Shown piece by piece: positions 60,836 to 64,000 of a stretch of DNA of 64,000 bases (its first letter is position 1; every line of letters starts with the position of its first letter). The stretch is from NCBI GenBank assembly GCA_963841435.1, contig CAWJCS010000006.1, positions 1,056,001 through 1,120,000 on the forward strand. Reading direction: 5' to 3'. The notes beneath the pieces were generated by a model. It searched no databases, had not been told where the DNA came from, and saw only the letters and a program-made list of their open reading frames with translations. Position numbers and translations under genes: made by a program. This DNA comes from an uncultured delta proteobacterium (GTDB lineage Bacteria; Myxococcota_A; Polyangia; Polyangiales; Polyangiaceae).

Positions 60836-61609
60836 ATGGCCGAGTCGCTGCCCATCGTGCTGAGTGTCGCGATTGGTTTCGTGCTCGGCGTGTTCGGCGG
60901 CGGCGGCTCGATGCTCACCATCCCGATGCTCGTGCTCGTGGCGGGTGTCCGGCCGGCGTCGGCCGTGGGTATGTCGCTTGCCATCGTCGGCGCGACCAGC
61001 CTGAGCGCGAGCCTCGCGCACCATCGTCGCGGTCAGGTGCGCTGGCGCGTCGCGGCGCTTTTCGGCGGGGCGGGCATGGTGACGGCCCTTCTCGCGGCCC
61101 GGCTGAGCTACCTCGTGTCGGGTCGGACGCTCATGCTGGCCTTCGCGGCGCTCGTGCTCGCCGCGGGGGGATACATGCTCTCGGGTCGCAAGTCCGTTTC
61201 GGAGTCGGCGAGCGCGGCGCCGCGCCCGCCACGCATGGGCTACGCCATGCTCGCCGGCGGCGCGGTCGGCGCCATCACGGGGTTTCTCGGCGTGAGCGGA
61301 GGGTTCCTCATCGTTCCCGCGCTCGTCGGGCTCGCCGGGCTAAGAATGCGCGAGGCCGTCGGCACGTCGTTGCTCGTCATCGCGATCGATTGCGGCGCGG
61401 GGTTCGTGGGCCACTTCCACGGCGGTGCGCTCGATTTGCGACTCACCGTCGCACTCACGGTGGCCGCTGTCGTGGGTGCGCTCCTCGGTGAGCGTGTCGC
61501 GCGTTCGCTTTCGATGCACCGGCTGCGGCGGAGCTTCGGCCTGCTCGTCGTCGGCGTCGGAGTGCTCGTGGCGCTCATGACGGTTCTCGGCAGCGGGCCG
61601 CTCGGGTGA
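60836..61609 (+). CDS. TauE/SafE (TSUP) sulfite exporter family protein
   Basis: GVFGGGGSMLTIP, GFLGVSGGFLIVPAL, AVGTSL motifs. Confidence 0.92.
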   Translation: MAESLPIVLSVAIGFVLGVFGGGGSMLTIPMLVLVAGVRPASAVGMSLAIVGATSLSASLAHHRRGQVRWRVAALFGGAGMVTALLAARLSYLVSGRTLMLAFAALVLAAGGYMLSGRKSVSESASAAPRPPRMGYAMLAGGAVGAITGFLGVSGGFLIVPALVGLAGLRMREAVGTSLLVIAIDCGAGFVGHFHGGALDLRLTVALTVAAVVGALLGERVARSLSMHRLRRSFGLLVVGVGVLVALMTVLGSGPLG

Positions 61610-61620
61610 GGCCGGAGAGG

Positions 61621-62244
61621 CTAGGGCGCGGGTCGAGCGGCTGGATTGAGGGAGTAGGTGACGGTCAGGCTCGCTTCGCCGAGGATTTTCCCCCGCATGG
61701 CGGTGAGCACCTCGGGGCCCCGCGGGCGCTCGAGGCCGAGCGTCGGGACGGAGAGCGCGTACACCGAAAAGACGTAGCGGTGCGTGCGCTCGTCGTTGAA
61801 GGGCGGCCAGGGGCCGTCGTATCCGCCGTAGTCGCCGCCCATGTCGGGGTCGTCGCCGAACCACTCCTTGTAGCTGTTGATGCCGCGCACGCCGTAGGCG
61901 GTTTTGCCCGGAGGCTTGCCGCGCGGCGTGAGCCCGTCCGAGTCACTGCCCTCGGCGAGGGAGGTCGTCTGGGCGGGAACGTCGATGAGGATCCAGTGGA
62001 AGAAGTCGCCGCGCGCCGCATCGTACCCAATCACGCGATCGGTGAGGTTGGCGTCGGTCTTCGGCGGCGCATCCACGTCGATGCACAGGATCGCGAACGA
62101 TCGCGTGCCCGCGGGAACGTCCGACCACGCGAGCGCGGGGCTCTTGTTCGGCCCCGGCACCGGACCGGACTCTCCGACGACGCCCATGGCATTTTGCGGA
62201 GGAACACGCTCGAACGCCCGCAGCGACCCGCTCTCTAACCGCAT
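61621..62244 (-). CDS. YbhB/YbcL (PEBP / Raf kinase inhibitor-like) protein
   Basis: SPALAWSDVPAGTRSFA, FFHW, GYDGPWPP...HRYVFSVYAL. Confidence 0.9.
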   Translation of the reverse strand: MRLESGSLRAFERVPPQNAMGVVGESGPVPGPNKSPALAWSDVPAGTRSFAILCIDVDAPPKTDANLTDRVIGYDAARGDFFHWILIDVPAQTTSLAEGSDSDGLTPRGKPPGKTAYGVRGINSYKEWFGDDPDMGGDYGGYDGPWPPFNDERTHRYVFSVYALSVPTLGLERPRGPEVLTAMRGKILGEASLTVTYSLNPAARPAP

Positions 62245-62303
62245 GCCGCGAGGATCCCACCGCACCGCCCGTCGTGCAAGCGGCTCGCCCGGGGCATTCC
62301 GCT

Positions 62304-63059
62304 TCACCCGAACAGCGGCCACGCCGCGCCCGCGACGAGGCGTTCACGCACTGCGCGACACTTCGCTTCAACGTCTCGCCCGAGTGGTCTGCGGTGACCG
62401 GGGCAGAGCCAACTGAGCGGATGCTCCAGGCAGCGCAGCATCGAGCGGCGGGCAGCTTCGAGGTCCGGCGTCACGGGACGCGCCATGAAGCGCACGTCGT
62501 CGTCGACGACGGCAAGCGCGTCGCCTGCGAACAGAATGCGCTCCGGGGCAAAGTAGAAGCTCAGATGTCCCGGCGTGTGGCCGGGTGTTTCGAGCACCTC
62601 GAAGTCTCCCGCGACCATCTCGCCGTCCCGAACGAGCCGCTCGGCCGTCACGGCCCGCGGCGTGGCCTCGCCGAGCAACCCCTTGGCGAGCACGAGCGGC
62701 CCGAGCTCGGGGATCCATTCGGACAGCCTGCCCCGCGCTCCGCGTTTCGCCGTGGCGCGCGTGAGCATCGGCTCGTCGCCCGCGTGGTAGTAGACGCGCG
62801 CGCCGGAGCGCGCCTTCACGGCGGCGGCGCCGGCCGCGTGATCGTTGTGCCAGTGCGTGAGCAGGATCGCGCTCACGTCCTCGGGCGCGGCGCCGAAGGC
62901 CACGTCCAGGCCCTGCTCGATGTCGGCGCCATGCGAATCCATCCCGGCGTTGACGAGCACGATGCCCGCTTTGCGACGCACGAGATACGAGCACGTGAGG
63001 TACGATTGCCGGCGAACGCACCAGACGTTCGGCGTCACGGCGAACACCTCGACGCCCAT
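62304..63059 (-). CDS. MBL-fold metallohydrolase
   Basis: LLTHWHNDHAAG, TPGHTPGH, FAGDA, CPGH motifs. Confidence 0.9.
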   Translation of the reverse strand: MGVEVFAVTPNVWCVRRQSYLTCSYLVRRKAGIVLVNAGMDSHGADIEQGLDVAFGAAPEDVSAILLTHWHNDHAAGAAAVKARSGARVYYHAGDEPMLTRATAKRGARGRLSEWIPELGPLVLAKGLLGEATPRAVTAERLVRDGEMVAGDFEVLETPGHTPGHLSFYFAPERILFAGDALAVVDDDVRFMARPVTPDLEAARRSMLRCLEHPLSWLCPGHRRPLGRDVEAKCRAVRERLVAGAAWPLFG

Positions 63060-63329
63060 CGCGCCGAGCGTAGCGCGCTTTCGCGACGCCGGTCGGCCGA
63101 GTTCTGCCTGGGCCTTGCGCTCGTGTCAGCGAGCGCCCCACCCACCGCCTCGAAGCTTTTGATCACGCGCTCGCTCGCCGCGCTCGCGAGCGGCGGCGAC
63201 CCCGGCCCCGACCCGGTCGCGAGCCCAGCGCCCAGTCGCCCGTCAACCTGAGCGGTGCCGTCCCGACGCTCGATCGCGGTCGCGCGCGTTCCGGTTCGTT
63301 CGGCGCCGAAGGCGAGCGCGGGCAGCCGA

Positions 63330-63989
63330 TCAGGTGCTGGCGTCGAGCGGCACGCCGTCGAAGAAATGCACCATCCCGGTTTCGATCTCGCACTCCGCGC
63401 CCACGACCACGACGCGACCCGACACGACGAGCTCCTCGAGCAGCTGGCTGCCGTGGCGCAGGTGGTCCGTCGAGGCGCGCACGTTGGCGCGGATTGCTTC
63501 GCGCAGGCGCGCGGCGTGGCGCCCTTCGTCGGTCTCGCCCGGCACGATCAGGCTCTCGATGTGGGGCGCGATGCGATCGGTGATCGAGCGGATGTTCTTG
63601 GACTCGGATCCGAGGCCCGTCTCCAGCGCCGCCACCGTCGCCCCGACGGCGCCGCAGCGCGTGTGTCCCATGACGACGACGAGCCGCGAGCCGAACTGGG
63701 CTGCAGCGAACTCGATCGAGCCGACGACGGAAGGCGCCACGATGTTGCCTGCGATGCGCACGACGAAGAGATCACCGAAACCCTCGTCGAACAGGATCTC
63801 GACGGGCGTGCGCGAATCGGAGCAACCGAGCACGATCGCGAACGGCCGCTGTCCCTGCGTCGCGAGCTCGGGCCGGAAGGTTTCACCGAGCGAGCGGCCT
63901 TTGGCCTGCTGAAAACGCCGGTTGCCCTCGATGAGCCGGGCGAGAGACGCTTCCGGCGAGAGCGCAGTAGGGTCGTCGGTCTTCGGCAT
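63330..63989 (-). CDS. Beta-class carbonic anhydrase
   Basis: EGNRRF, LGCSDSR, GDLFVVRIAGN, MGHTRCGAV motifs. Confidence 0.94.
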   Translation of the reverse strand: MPKTDDPTALSPEASLARLIEGNRRFQQAKGRSLGETFRPELATQGQRPFAIVLGCSDSRTPVEILFDEGFGDLFVVRIAGNIVAPSVVGSIEFAAAQFGSRLVVVMGHTRCGAVGATVAALETGLGSESKNIRSITDRIAPHIESLIVPGETDEGRHAARLREAIRANVRASTDHLRHGSQLLEELVVSGRVVVVGAECEIETGMVHFFDGVPLDAST

Positions 63990-64000
63990 GCCGAGCCCTT

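Overview
Very GC-rich bacterial chromosomal window. The gene content (several Ser/Thr kinases, multiheme cytochromes, an OmpA/carboxypeptidase-regulatory outer-membrane protein, a YlxR-L7Ae fusion) suggests Myxococcota, probably Polyangiaceae-like; this is an inference. 1-36.3 kb is core genome: lysA, pyk, two kinases, a kinase / multiheme cytochrome / cNMP-4Fe-4S / flavo-oxidoreductase operon, serA-like, the rimP-nusA-ylxR-infB-DUF503-rbfA operon, OmpA, an ABC ATPase, a flippase and a REC-EAL protein. tRNA-Asn(GTT) at 36384 is the integration site of an apparently complete 10.7 kb element bounded by 49-bp direct repeats (36410-47174). The element has phage-satellite (PICI-like) organisation: tyrosine integrase with arm sites, excisionase, Prim-Pol/AAA helicase, iteron origin, G-quadruplex tract, TerS-like HTH and many small coupled ORFs, with no recognisable capsid genes. 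It carries an NYN/PIN RNase preceded by a structured RNA plus terminator, a type III toxin-antitoxin-like layout. A decayed accessory zone follows (IS481-like element, three broken AbiEii-type toxins, one intact AbiEi). Near the right end is a sulfur-detoxification cluster (rhodanese, DUF302, persulfide dioxygenase, TauE) around an ECF sigma factor fused to a zinc-finger anti-sigma domain, with a shared GAACCCTTT-N-(C/G)TCNNA promoter motif in three places. Several single-base frameshifts in housekeeping genes suggest consensus errors. All family calls come from motif recognition by eye; no database searches were run.
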